Shown: positions 9,231-18,874 of the stretch, one piece after another
How positions within the stretch are numbered: position 1 is the first letter of the stretch
Layout: each line of letters starts with the position of its first letter
Assembly (NCBI GenBank): GCA_029547225.1
Contig: JAKPPS010000056.1
Location: 25,356-89,355 of the forward strand
DNA length: 64,000 nucleotides
From: a bacterium
Lineage (GTDB): Bacteria; Patescibacteriota; Dojkabacteria; SC72; WJKH01
Reading direction: 5' to 3'
Notes under the pieces: model-generated
What the model was told of the DNA's origin: nothing
The model's database searches: none
What the model saw: the letters and a program-made list of their open reading frames with translations, nothing else
Made by a program: the position numbers and the translations under genes

Positions 9231-12200
9231 TTAATGGATATTTAGGATGAGTTTTGCTTCTTCATCAGCAACGATTTTAATAGTTTGTTCATTAGTATTT
9301 TTTACTACAACACCATAAACACCCTTTGATACAGCATATCGTAAATACTTTTCATTATCTCCGACTATAGCTACAATTTTTGCTCGGCTTCCTTTCAACT
9401 GTTTAATTATATTATCGAAAAGATTTAATACTGATTCGTCATCCATGACTTCCTTATCCAAAGCAGACATATCAATTATGATACCATCTATGCCAGCTTC
9501 AAATATGCTCTGGGATAATATAATTTCTGAGGATCTTCGTAATACGGCATGTATTTCAAACGAACCACTTCGTCGTAAGCCAGCTGATAAAACCTCTTGC
9601 TTAAATAATTCGACAAATTTTGGATTAACAGGGTTAGCTATCGAAAGAACAACATTACGATCTTTATACACATTCCTAACCTTACGGATAATTGAGAGTG
9701 CCCGTTTAGTAAGTTGTGGTGAGCTCAAATAATGCTTGAGACCTTGTCCCTCACCAGCAATATCCTTGCCACCCTTAAGCGCTTTAAATTTGTTATAACT
9801 GTGCAAACCAAATGTGGCAAAAACTGTTTCTCCACCGACAGAGTCCGCAATCTTATCGATCGTTTGACAGATGTTTTGCGTAAATATCTTTGCTGATTCA
9901 GCATCCATGCTTGCAGGATGCACCCCATACTCGATGAATAGCTTATCCACATCAATATAATTTACACCTGATTTATATATTCTTGTCGCTGTATGAATAT
10001 TACTTGTTATTGTATTATCTTCTTGCTTAGAATCTTGATTCATATGATTGACATTAAAAATCTGACTTTTAGAAACAGTATCGGGTTTTTCAGATGCTTC
10101 ATCTAAATGTTTCTCGTTTAATTCCTCTGATAGAGGAGCTTCAGATTGATATAATGCTTGCTCAGAATACTTTGATAATAGATATACTCCGCCAAGAGAT
10201 CCATCAATCCTTATCTCGTCACCGTTCTCAAGTTGATGTATAAATTTGTTTGCGCCAACAACACAAGGAATACCTTGCTCACGACAAATTATAGCAACAT
10301 CACTTGCCATACCGCCATCTCCTACAATTACTCCGCCACTACTCAAAATAACTGGTTGGTATCCAACAGAATAAATTGGGATAACTAAAATCATGCTTCG
10401 ATTAACTTGCCCGATATCATTTGGAGAAGATGTTGCAACTTTAACTTGACCCGATACAACACCATAACTTGCACCTACAGCCGATCCAATCAAAGTACCA
10501 ACATTTGAAAAGGATTTGCTAATTCGTTCAGAAGCCTTACTAATAATATCTTGAGCATCAGCTACTTCATTTGAAATAGCTGAATCTGAATCAAGAGATG
10601 CAATATTTTGCTCATCAGAACTCTGTTTTAAGTCTGTATTTGTAGTTTCAACATAATCTTTATCAGAAACATTTTGTGTCGACATTTCACTTTTAATGTC
10701 TTCGGCACTTCGCTGATTTTCAGCGAAAATATTAGTATCACCGGCCAAGTCTGATTTAGCTTCAACAGGAGAGATACCCTGCAAAGAAGCACTCTCTTTG
10801 TCCTTTATCTCATTAATCATTTTTTCCAATTGGGCAAAATAATCAACATTGGAATCAAGTTTTTTAGCCATACTACCTTTTATTGCATTAGTATTCTTGC
10901 TGCGAGGAGAAAATATTCCAGCCAGGCCTTTACCTGAAGAAGATTTTTCTAAATCCTTCCCAGAATTTGACTGTTCATTAGCTGTGTCAGCACCGAAAGA
11001 ATCAGTCATAGCTTGTTGATTAACAATTTTTGCTACCTCAGCATCACTTTGACTATCGGTAAGGGCCATTATATCTTTTACTGAAGTAGGCATATCGATA
11101 CTCGATTCATCAGAACCCGTCATAATTGTGTCGACACCTCGGGTTTGATCTGTTATCTCAGTTGAAGATACTAAATTATCTTTAGAAACCTCTTCTTTTA
11201 CGCTATTAAGTTGAGCGATTTGAGACTGCGCACCTGCAATAATATTTTTTTCATGCTCTTGTTTAATTATTTCTGCAGCAAGCGAATTGAAGCCTTCAGT
11301 TTTTACTTCTTCTTTTTCCAATAAGTTTTTATCTATCATCTCAAGAGGTTTGGTTTGTAAAACCCATACATTTCCACTTTCCCAAACCCATTCAACAAGA
11401 TGAGGGGATTTCAATCTATCTTCGATAATCATTGCAACTTTCGCTATATCCTCAATAAATCGATCTTCTAACTTCTGCTGATGATTCCATGATTTTGAGA
11501 TCTGTATTTTCTCTTCCGTACCGAAATGACCATTTTCACGCTTCGGGCTAACTCGTCTAATTTTCATCCAATCTTGAGGAGCAATATGCTTCTCAATTAT
11601 TGCAAGGTCTTTTTTATTTAAAATATATTGATCTGGAGTAAGCTCTCCGTTCGAGATAACATCGCCTAAACCAAATACAGCCTCAACAGTAACCCGATCT
11701 TTAAGGTTGGTAATCGGATCACGAGTGTATGCGACACCAGATACTTCCGACTGAATCATTTTCTGTACCACTACAGACATCTTGAGCTCAGATAATGGTA
11801 ATGAATGTGCCTTTGCATATGCAATAACCTTATCGGTAAAGACTGATTGATAGATAAGTTTGATAGCCTCGAGAAGATTATCAAATCCTTTAACATTTAA
11901 TTCTGTACCGAACACTCCAGAAAAAGATACATCTGGCCGACTTGGGAATACAACTGAACTTCTTACTGAGACCCAAGCATCAGAAAACCCGGATAATCTC
12001 GAGTAAGCTTTTAGTAACTGCTCCTGAATATAATTTTCAAATCGTGCTTTTGAAATCATCTGAGAATATTGCTTTGCATCGATTGACATTGATCCATCCA
12101 ATATTTGCGATATTTTCTTATTGAACGCTTTAAAAAGTAGGGAAGTGTAAACTTCTGGTGAAATAGAAAAAAATGGCGGAATAGGGATATCTATATCATA

Positions 12201-12371
12201 AAGTTCAAATAGACTAAGTCCTTTTCGACCGACATATGATTCATTAACTTCACTCAGAGTAAAATCTTCATAAAAATAAATATCATTCACTATTGTATTG
12301 ATAGGATTTTCTTCAATTTTCTTTACACGTTTTTTGAAAAAAGGCAGATTCATCTTGGCAGCTAAAAACAA
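9231..12371 (-). CDS. PEP synthase / pyruvate phosphate dikinase-like protein with a large internal low-complexity insertion and Asp at the phospho-His position
   Basis: The N-terminal PPDK_N/ATP-grasp blocks are present (GRKGLSLFEL, VSVRSSVVFPSRPDVSFSGVFGTELNV, VVVQKMIQSEVSGVAYTRDP). The mobile-domain block reads GGMASDVAIICREQGIPCVVG, and the C-terminal region is degenerate and TIM-barrel-like. The ATG at 12353 (MNLPFF) is a likely start. Confidence 0.7.
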   Translation of the reverse strand: MFLAAKMNLPFFKKRVKKIEENPINTIVNDIYFYEDFTLSEVNESYVGRKGLSLFELYDIDIPIPPFFSISPEVYTSLLFKAFNKKISQILDGSMSIDAKQYSQMISKARFENYIQEQLLKAYSRLSGFSDAWVSVRSSVVFPSRPDVSFSGVFGTELNVKGFDNLLEAIKLIYQSVFTDKVIAYAKAHSLPLSELKMSVVVQKMIQSEVSGVAYTRDPITNLKDRVTVEAVFGLGDVISNGELTPDQYILNKKDLAIIEKHIAPQDWMKIRRVSPKRENGHFGTEEKIQISKSWNHQQKLEDRFIEDIAKVAMIIEDRLKSPHLVEWVWESGNVWVLQTKPLEMIDKNLLEKEEVKTEGFNSLAAEIIKQEHEKNIIAGAQSQIAQLNSVKEEVSKDNLVSSTEITDQTRGVDTIMTGSDESSIDMPTSVKDIMALTDSQSDAEVAKIVNQQAMTDSFGADTANEQSNSGKDLEKSSSGKGLAGIFSPRSKNTNAIKGSMAKKLDSNVDYFAQLEKMINEIKDKESASLQGISPVEAKSDLAGDTNIFAENQRSAEDIKSEMSTQNVSDKDYVETTNTDLKQSSDEQNIASLDSDSAISNEVADAQDIISKASERISKSFSNVGTLIGSAVGASYGVVSGQVKVATSSPNDIGQVNRSMILVIPIYSVGYQPVILSSGGVIVGDGGMASDVAIICREQGIPCVVGANKFIHQLENGDEIRIDGSLGGVYLLSKYSEQALYQSEAPLSEELNEKHLDEASEKPDTVSKSQIFNVNHMNQDSKQEDNTITSNIHTATRIYKSGVNYIDVDKLFIEYGVHPASMDAESAKIFTQNICQTIDKIADSVGGETVFATFGLHSYNKFKALKGGKDIAGEGQGLKHYLSSPQLTKRALSIIRKVRNVYKDRNVVLSIANPVNPKFVELFKQEVLSAGLRRSGSFEIHAVLRRSSEIILSQSIFEAGIDGIIIDMSALDKEVMDDESVLNLFDNIIKQLKGSRAKIVAIVGDNEKYLRYAVSKGVYGVVVKNTNEQTIKIVADEEAKLILNIH

Positions 12372-12479
12372 AATTACATATCACAATTTTGTAAAACTGA
12401 GTTTACTTTAAATGAATACACTCCAAAGTACTGGAAAACAGCAATTAGAATTTATCATTTATCTAGTAAATCCCTGTAA

Positions 12480-13685
12480 CTATACTATACCTTTAGCTTT
12501 GAGCTTTTGCAAGTCTAGATAAAATCCTATAAATAAATCTCCAAGTACAAGTACAGGAACTGTCAATAATGCTCCGAGTACTCCAGCAATTGAGTATCCA
12601 AGCATAATCCCTATTAAAACAGCAATCGGTTTGATACCAACAGCTCCACTCATCACTCTTGGAACGATAAGATTATTCTCAAATTGTTGGATCACAACAT
12701 AACCTGCTACGACCAACACCGCATTAATAGGACCATTCCCTATTAGAGCAAATAATATTGCTGGGACAGATGCGATTATTGGTCCAAGATTTGGGACTGA
12801 TTCTAGTAAACCTGCCAATACCGCAAGTGGTAATGCAAATGGCACATTAAGAATTGTTAATAGCAACCATACTAGAAATCCTATTACAAAACTCAACGTT
12901 ATCTGACCAAGAAGCCATTTTCCGAGTTTTTCCTCAACGTTATCAACTAATGCTTTTATTAACTTTCTTTGATCGTCCTTTATAAATCTCATAACAAAAT
13001 AGTTGAGCATCGTATCATGATCTGAGATAATGTAAATCGATAAGAAAAGTGTTGCAACGATAGATAACAGACCACCAAAGAATTCGCTTACTTTTCCAAG
13101 AGTAGATAATATCCCATCAAGTCCCTGAGCGAGAGTAGGTATTATATTACTCGTAAGATTACTTACATATTCATTGATTGCGTTCATGATGCTTTCTCTA
13201 TCGATATTTACAAAAGGCAGGTTGATATTTTCTACAGCATCAACTATTTGCTTTAATATCTCAGGGGCATTATTTACTAAATTGATTAACTGATTGATCA
13301 AAGGTACGAATATTACTCCAATAGAAGCCGAGAAAAGTATAATTGCCAAAAGATAAACAACCAAAATTGCCAACCATTTAGGCCATTTGTGAGAAGTCAA
13401 AAATCTTACAATAGGAAGAAAGGCTGAAGATATAATAAAAGCAAAGAAAAGTACAACTGCCACACCTAACAGCTTATCCCAGAGGAAGAATACTACAACA
13501 GCAATTATCAACATAAGAATAAATTTGGTAGATAACTCGATACGAACAACTTTATCTTCTTTCTTGTTGTCTCGATCATGTACTACTATTTTTGCATCTT
13601 CTTTTTTTGAAACGACATCCGTATTATCGCTCTCTTTCACACTTACTTTATTTTTATTCATTTTTATTTGCATTTCTTTTGCCAT
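12480..13685 (-). CDS. AI-2E (PerM/YhhT) family transporter
   Basis: About 8 TM segments and the family-typical GLLESVPNLGPIIASVPAILFAL block. The N-terminal extension is charged. Confidence 0.75.
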   Translation of the reverse strand: MAKEMQIKMNKNKVSVKESDNTDVVSKKEDAKIVVHDRDNKKEDKVVRIELSTKFILMLIIAVVVFFLWDKLLGVAVVLFFAFIISSAFLPIVRFLTSHKWPKWLAILVVYLLAIILFSASIGVIFVPLINQLINLVNNAPEILKQIVDAVENINLPFVNIDRESIMNAINEYVSNLTSNIIPTLAQGLDGILSTLGKVSEFFGGLLSIVATLFLSIYIISDHDTMLNYFVMRFIKDDQRKLIKALVDNVEEKLGKWLLGQITLSFVIGFLVWLLLTILNVPFALPLAVLAGLLESVPNLGPIIASVPAILFALIGNGPINAVLVVAGYVVIQQFENNLIVPRVMSGAVGIKPIAVLIGIMLGYSIAGVLGALLTVPVLVLGDLFIGFYLDLQKLKAKGIV

Positions 13686-13738
13686 ATTTATATTATACCA
13701 TTTTTCTGGCGGCAGACCAAATTATCAACAATCAGGCG

Positions 13739-14527
13739 CTAATCATCTTCATCCACAGTATTATTCTTATTTTTGATAATATCAAACCAGCTTATGGCAT
13801 CAAACATATTCTGGATAGTAAAGATACCAAATCCTGCACCAAAAAGTGCACCAGTAAGAATCCTTTTCGCTATATTATCAACATAGAGTGAGTATAGAGG
13901 TTCCCTAATAAATGTAAAAATACCATACTCAAGCATTGTTTGAAACACACCATCAAAAGCCATAGGTATCATTAAGGCAACATAAATTAATACTGGTATT
14001 TTTTTCTTAAGTATCCCAAATGCATAAAGTGAATACATCATAAGTGCAGTAAATGCTGTAGTTGAATATAAAGCAGTATCCCTAATACAATAAGCAACTT
14101 TATATCCGATCTGTTCGTTTCCCCAATATGGATATCCAAAATAAAATTCCTCTGCACCATCATACGGTGGATCTGGATTTACCTTCGGTATCTGATGCAT
14201 CTCTTTGAGCTCATCTACAGTGTAAAATTGCACAAGGCTTTCTTCGCCAAACAAGTAAATTGATCTTTCAACTCGCTGATGACAAAGCACATGATATATT
14301 TTGTGAATTGCAACACCTATTTTTGGTGCACCTAATTTGAAACTAATTGGGGCAATAATCGGAAGGGTAGAGTAAACAAATAAGACTATAATAACTACCT
14401 TTATTACAATCAGATATGGGCGATCACCTTTCGCGATCATTTCTTTTATACTTTTCATCAGGCTAATATATTTAAACAAAGTATATTGCAAATAATTCAA
14501 TTCTATTCCATTACAAACAGTTTTCAA
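13739..14527 (-). CDS. DUF2085-like membrane protein
   Basis: The CHQRVERS motif is followed by several TM helices, as I recall for DUF2085. Confidence 0.5.
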   Translation of the reverse strand: MKTVCNGIELNYLQYTLFKYISLMKSIKEMIAKGDRPYLIVIKVVIIVLFVYSTLPIIAPISFKLGAPKIGVAIHKIYHVLCHQRVERSIYLFGEESLVQFYTVDELKEMHQIPKVNPDPPYDGAEEFYFGYPYWGNEQIGYKVAYCIRDTALYSTTAFTALMMYSLYAFGILKKKIPVLIYVALMIPMAFDGVFQTMLEYGIFTFIREPLYSLYVDNIAKRILTGALFGAGFGIFTIQNMFDAISWFDIIKNKNNTVDEDD

Positions 14528-14630
14528 CAGTGCGAGATATCCTGTCCTTCAAAGATTTAGCTGTTTTTCAACCTATACATTCGATATTGAGAAAAAAATC
14601 TAATTCTTCACATATAAAAATTTAAACTAT

Positions 14631-14658
14631 TTGCAAAAAAATAGATATCAATTACAAT
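14631..14658 (+). promoter_or_regulatory. Sigma70-like promoter abutting the start codon of the JAB-like ORF
   Basis: TTGCAA (14631-36), a 16-nt spacer, then TACAAT (14653-58). The ATG at 14667 lies 8 nt after the -10 element. Confidence 0.4.
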
Positions 14659-14666
14659 AAAGTATT

Positions 14667-15458
14667 ATGGCAAATTTTAATGATTTATTAAAGGGTATAG
14701 GCAAATTACTTTTTGGAGGTTCTAAGAGTACTTCATGGACTTACGGTGATTTAAATCGCAAACTAGCCGTATGGAAAGAAAATCGTATTTTCCCTTATCT
14801 TTCAAATCTACCAAAATCGATAAGTTTTAACAAAGATTTCTGGGACCATATTGTGCAAATATACAAGAAAACTCAATCAGATGGATTAGAGCGTTCTATT
14901 TCAATATTTTGGGTTGATGGCGAACTAGTAGTAACTTCTATTGTTACTGGTACGGAGAGTAAAGTAACTTCAAAAGGGGTAGTAAGCGTCAAATATGACA
15001 GAGATAGTAATCCAAAATACTTTATTAAACGAATTTATGTTGATGATAAGGAGTATTCTCATGAGCGACTATATTATGAGAATATACCGAAGAAAACAGA
15101 TCTTAAATATCTGTTTAACCTTCACACGCATCCCCCTCGAGAACAAGGAACGAGATGGTATACAGAAGTCCAAACCGAAAAACTTGCTGGTGCAGATCCA
15201 AGTGCATATTCGTTTTTTTCCGCAACAGATATTAAGTCCCAAGTTAAAACTGGAAGTGCAATATCAGGTCTAGTAACAGATAGATTGTGGATTCTAATTA
15301 GAAGTTCAGAGACACCAAATTATGTAGATTATATTGAGGATAAAGATATGAATGTAGAATTCCTTGTTGATAAGCTACATTTTGCAGTATATGAAGGATA
15401 CTTTTGGGAGTCCCTACACCGTCGACGTGGCAGTATGCTTGATGAAGAGAACGAATAA
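14667..15458 (+). CDS. Hypothetical protein with a possible JAB/MPN (JAMM)-like metalloprotease motif
   Basis: HTHP ... SATD (H-x-H-P ... S-x-x-D), with an unusually long 28-aa spacer and an upstream Glu (GLERS). The N-terminal peptide is amphipathic (LLKGIGKLLFGG). Confidence 0.35.
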   Translation: MANFNDLLKGIGKLLFGGSKSTSWTYGDLNRKLAVWKENRIFPYLSNLPKSISFNKDFWDHIVQIYKKTQSDGLERSISIFWVDGELVVTSIVTGTESKVTSKGVVSVKYDRDSNPKYFIKRIYVDDKEYSHERLYYENIPKKTDLKYLFNLHTHPPREQGTRWYTEVQTEKLAGADPSAYSFFSATDIKSQVKTGSAISGLVTDRLWILIRSSETPNYVDYIEDKDMNVEFLVDKLHFAVYEGYFWESLHRRRGSMLDEENE

Positions 15459-15534
15459 AGCAAGTCAATCACGTTTTATTATTTTCAAGATTTGAAATGA
15501 GTTTTTCCATTAGCAATCTTCTTGCGTATATTTC

Positions 15535-15576
15535 AAAAAAAACTCCCCCGATAACCTAAAGGTTACACTAGGGGAG
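15535..15576 (-). terminator. Rho-independent terminator for the surface-protein gene, between convergent genes
   Basis: The outer stem ctcccc(15543-48)/ggggag(15571-76) encloses an inner stem taacc/ggtta. Read on the minus strand it is followed by a T8 run (A-run 15535-15542 on plus). Confidence 0.55.
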
Positions 15577-15644
15577 AATTAATACTTATATCATTCAATG
15601 CTCTTTCTCAAAGAATAAGTAATAAGATTTCAAAGTTAAATATT

Positions 15645-16658
15645 CTAGTTGCTCTGTTTCTGTCTTTTTAGTTTAAGTGCAACTATTGACATATTTACAC
15701 CTAAAAGTGCCAAGCAAAATATTCCGAAATACATTATTGCATTATTAAGGCCAAGAGCGTTTAAAGCATCTTCTAATACACCTGCTGATGAAGGTAATTC
15801 TGTACTACCATTTCCATTACTTGCAATTGTCGAAGCACCATCGCCATTTAAATCGCCAGATTCATATTTAACCATAATCTTTTTGTCAGCTGTAACAAAA
15901 TTACCTGATTGATCCCAGATTTCTACAACAAATTCATTATCACCCTTTTGAAGTACAATATCCTTGATCTCAAAATTTCCATCACTATCTGCTCTACCAG
16001 TAAAGGTCTGATCACCAGATTTCAAAACCACTAAAGAGTTAGGCTCCGCTTTACCTTTTAATGAATACTCACTACTGTTTGATTCATTATCATATTCAAA
16101 TTCAACAATCTTTGAAGGAGGAGTTGTATCATACTTGGAAATCAATTCTGGAGATTTCTCACTTCGTGATCTAATTACAAATCCTCGAATAGTTGCGACC
16201 TGAAACTTATGATCTCCTTCATTTTTCATCTCATAATTGTATTCATACGTACCATCTTCACTTACCTTAATAGGCTTTCTTTGCAATTTATCATTTACAT
16301 ATACAATAACTTCGTTTGCACCATCAACATATCCCTTGATTGCAATATCTTTTGAGTTAGTTGTAGTAGGAATTTCACTTACAATAGGTATTGGCATATT
16401 TTTGTCGAGTCTTGGAGCGAACCTAGTAACTATTGCAATTATTAAGATACCAAGAAGGACGATGATACCGAAGATTAAAATACCTAAACCAAGAACCTTA
16501 ATAAAAGATTCACCGGAATTATTATCATTTTCAAGCCTTGCTTCGGTTTTTTCGAGCATTGTTTCCTTTATCTCAACTGATTCATTTTTTACATCGTTAA
16601 TGACAGGACTTGTGTACTGTTCTGTTTTAACAATCTTCTTTCTTCCTCTACGAGCCAT
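15645..16658 (-). CDS. Cell-surface protein with Ig-like repeats and a C-terminal sortase-type sorting signal
   Basis: It has an N-terminal TM anchor and two bacterial Ig-like repeats (..GKAEPNSLVVLKSGDQTFTGRADSDGNFEIKDIVLQKGDNEFVVEIWDQSGN). The C-terminus reads ELPSSAG, then a spacer, a hydrophobic stretch (AIMYFGIFCLALLGVNMSIVAL) and a basic tail (KLKRQKQ). Confidence 0.55.
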   Translation of the reverse strand: MARRGRKKIVKTEQYTSPVINDVKNESVEIKETMLEKTEARLENDNNSGESFIKVLGLGILIFGIIVLLGILIIAIVTRFAPRLDKNMPIPIVSEIPTTTNSKDIAIKGYVDGANEVIVYVNDKLQRKPIKVSEDGTYEYNYEMKNEGDHKFQVATIRGFVIRSRSEKSPELISKYDTTPPSKIVEFEYDNESNSSEYSLKGKAEPNSLVVLKSGDQTFTGRADSDGNFEIKDIVLQKGDNEFVVEIWDQSGNFVTADKKIMVKYESGDLNGDGASTIASNGNGSTELPSSAGVLEDALNALGLNNAIMYFGIFCLALLGVNMSIVALKLKRQKQSN

Positions 16659-16862
16659 TATTTTTGAAATAATAATTTATTATACACATAAATATAATCA
16701 ATTTACTCTTTATACATAGGTTTTTCATATGTATAAAATACTTGATAAATAATTGTGCCTTACTACCTGTAGTGTATTACAAAAGGCCAATCTTTGCAAC
16801 AGTATTAATAGATATGATAAAATGATAATAATTAATCTTTCCTTTGTAATAATAAGTTCTAA

Positions 16863-17576
16863 TTGCAATCTATGCTGACTTTTATTAAAAAACTTTTTTC
16901 AATAGTATTACTTATTGTGATATTATGCGGAGTAGGATACATCATATATTATCCTAACAGGGATAAAATCAATATTTTCTTTAATGAGATTGATCCTTAC
17001 AATATCTCTCATAATACTTCCCTTGCTTTTTTGATTGATGTGTCGAGGCAGCAGAATAAAGAAGATTACTTCAAAGCAAGTAATACAAATTCTATTGAAG
17101 AAATAACTCCATCAACACTGGCACTTTATCAAAACGGCGGAAATACAATATATGAGCTTGAGAAATATAATACTTTTTTAGAAATTCCGAGTGCAGATAT
17201 TGCCGGAAAGGTGTTTGACGGTGAAAGCTCATGGACGATGGTAAAAGGTTTTTGGCATTTTCCACTTTCAAGCATGCCGGGTATCGCAGGGAATACAGTA
17301 ATAATAGGTCATAGATATGATAAAATGCCTCCAGCAACAGATACTTTCTTTAATCTCGACAAAGTGAAGATAGGCGATAAAGTGTATATTACACAGAATG
17401 ATGAAAAACTTTCTTTTACTGTTACTGAAACAAAAATCGTCGAAAAAACTAACAGAGAGATTTTAACCCAGACAGATGACTACCGTATCACTATCGTAAC
17501 ATGCCATCCGCTTTGGACAGATGATCAAAGACTCGTGGTAATTGCAAAGCTGGACAAAATTTATAGAAACATTTAA
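16863..17576 (+). CDS. Sortase-family transpeptidase
   Basis: N-terminal TM anchor, catalytic His block VIIGHRYD, Cys block ITIVTCHP (TLxTC-like), and a downstream Arg (QRLVVIAKL). The ATG at 16872 is a possible start. Confidence 0.75.
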   Translation: MQSMLTFIKKLFSIVLLIVILCGVGYIIYYPNRDKINIFFNEIDPYNISHNTSLAFLIDVSRQQNKEDYFKASNTNSIEEITPSTLALYQNGGNTIYELEKYNTFLEIPSADIAGKVFDGESSWTMVKGFWHFPLSSMPGIAGNTVIIGHRYDKMPPATDTFFNLDKVKIGDKVYITQNDEKLSFTVTETKIVEKTNREILTQTDDYRITIVTCHPLWTDDQRLVVIAKLDKIYRNI

Positions 17577-17612
17577 AATAAGGGCTGTTAAATAAATTTC
17601 AATAATATAAAC

Positions 17613-18743
17613 ATGGATAACAAAAACAACACTGAGGCGAAGATATACTCACTCAAGGACCTAAAAAACGGTAAATATCAGATTTCAATTAATATTGAGC
17701 GTGAAGCATTTAATAAATCATATAAAGCTAATCTTGAAAAGCAAGCAAAGACAGTTGAGATTAAAGGATTTAGAAAAGGAATGGTTCCCACATCAGTTAT
17801 CGAAGAAACAATGAAAGATGCAATCCTCAAAGATACTTTTGAAAAATTAGCACCTAACCTTGTTATGTACGCATTACAAGATGCAAAAATCTCTCCTCTT
17901 GTACCTGTAAAATACCTTGGTATTCCAAGCTTTGATGGCAACGAAGATTTACATTTTGAAGTCGAAATTATTAGTGTTCCTAAATTCACAATATGCGACC
18001 TAAAGAAGGTCAAAGTTGCAAAGAAGGATTCAAAAGTAACAGATAAAGAATTAGAGGAAACTGTAAACGCTATGTATGATAATCAGATAAAAGCAGATGA
18101 GAAAGCTTCAGAAAATAATTCTGTTGACTCAAAAAAGAAAGACACAACGAAGAGAGAAATAGATGATAAATGGGCAACAACAATTGCTGGTAAATATCAA
18201 ATAAAAGGTGTGACTTCACTTGCAAAACTGAAGGAAGAGATTAAAAAACTTCTTGAAGCAAAGAAGGTTGAATTGATTGAAAGAGAATTTGAAAGAGATA
18301 TTCTTTCCGAAGCAGTAAAACTTTCAAAAATTCAGATTCCTGATGAGGCAGTAGAATATGAACTGGCTGAGCGAGAGCATTCATTTATGCACCAACTTGA
18401 AGATATGAAAATCAGTATGGATCAATATCTCCAAGCATACAATATTACCGAAGAAAAACTGAAAGAAGCGTGGAAGGTTGATTCTAAACAAGCTATTGAA
18501 GAGCATGTGCTACTTACCGAATATGCAAAAAATGCCGAGATAAAGTTTGACGAGAATGAATTTGTACAATTTATTCAAAATTCTGGAGCTCCAAAAGAAT
18601 ATATGCAGAATTACAATTGGCTTCAAAGTATGCAAAGCGTTTATTTCAAAAATAAAGCTTTCGAGAAACTTCTCTCTGAAGTTAAAACTAATTTAGGTGT
18701 CGCTGACAGCACACCAAAGAAAAAAATAGAATTAATTAGCTAA
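17613..18743 (+). CDS. tig: Trigger factor lacking a recognisable PPIase domain
   Basis: N-terminal ribosome-binding domain with GFRKGMVP. The C-terminal arm domain is recognisable, and the position upstream of clpP is conserved. At 376 aa, the FKBP segment is replaced by a charged linker. Confidence 0.8.
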   Translation: MDNKNNTEAKIYSLKDLKNGKYQISINIEREAFNKSYKANLEKQAKTVEIKGFRKGMVPTSVIEETMKDAILKDTFEKLAPNLVMYALQDAKISPLVPVKYLGIPSFDGNEDLHFEVEIISVPKFTICDLKKVKVAKKDSKVTDKELEETVNAMYDNQIKADEKASENNSVDSKKKDTTKREIDDKWATTIAGKYQIKGVTSLAKLKEEIKKLLEAKKVELIEREFERDILSEAVKLSKIQIPDEAVEYELAEREHSFMHQLEDMKISMDQYLQAYNITEEKLKEAWKVDSKQAIEEHVLLTEYAKNAEIKFDENEFVQFIQNSGAPKEYMQNYNWLQSMQSVYFKNKAFEKLLSEVKTNLGVADSTPKKKIELIS

Positions 18744-18824
18744 CCAACTGTATAAGTTCTATCATAGAAATAGCTTCGATTATTGAAGTAGTAACGTACA
18801 CAAGATCATTTATGGCAAAAAGCG

Positions 18825-18874
18825 TGGGTAGTCATGGTGACGGATAATCTTATGCAAGTTGCTTGGTGGCATAC
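18825..18874 (+). repeat. Bipartite conserved motif, copy B (TGGGTAGTCATGG-N25-TTGGTGGCATAC)
   Basis: Exact 13-mer (18825-18837) and 12-mer (18863-18874) separated by 25 nt. The reverse complement of 2593-2642 has identical arms and identical spacing, with an unrelated spacer. Confidence 0.8.
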
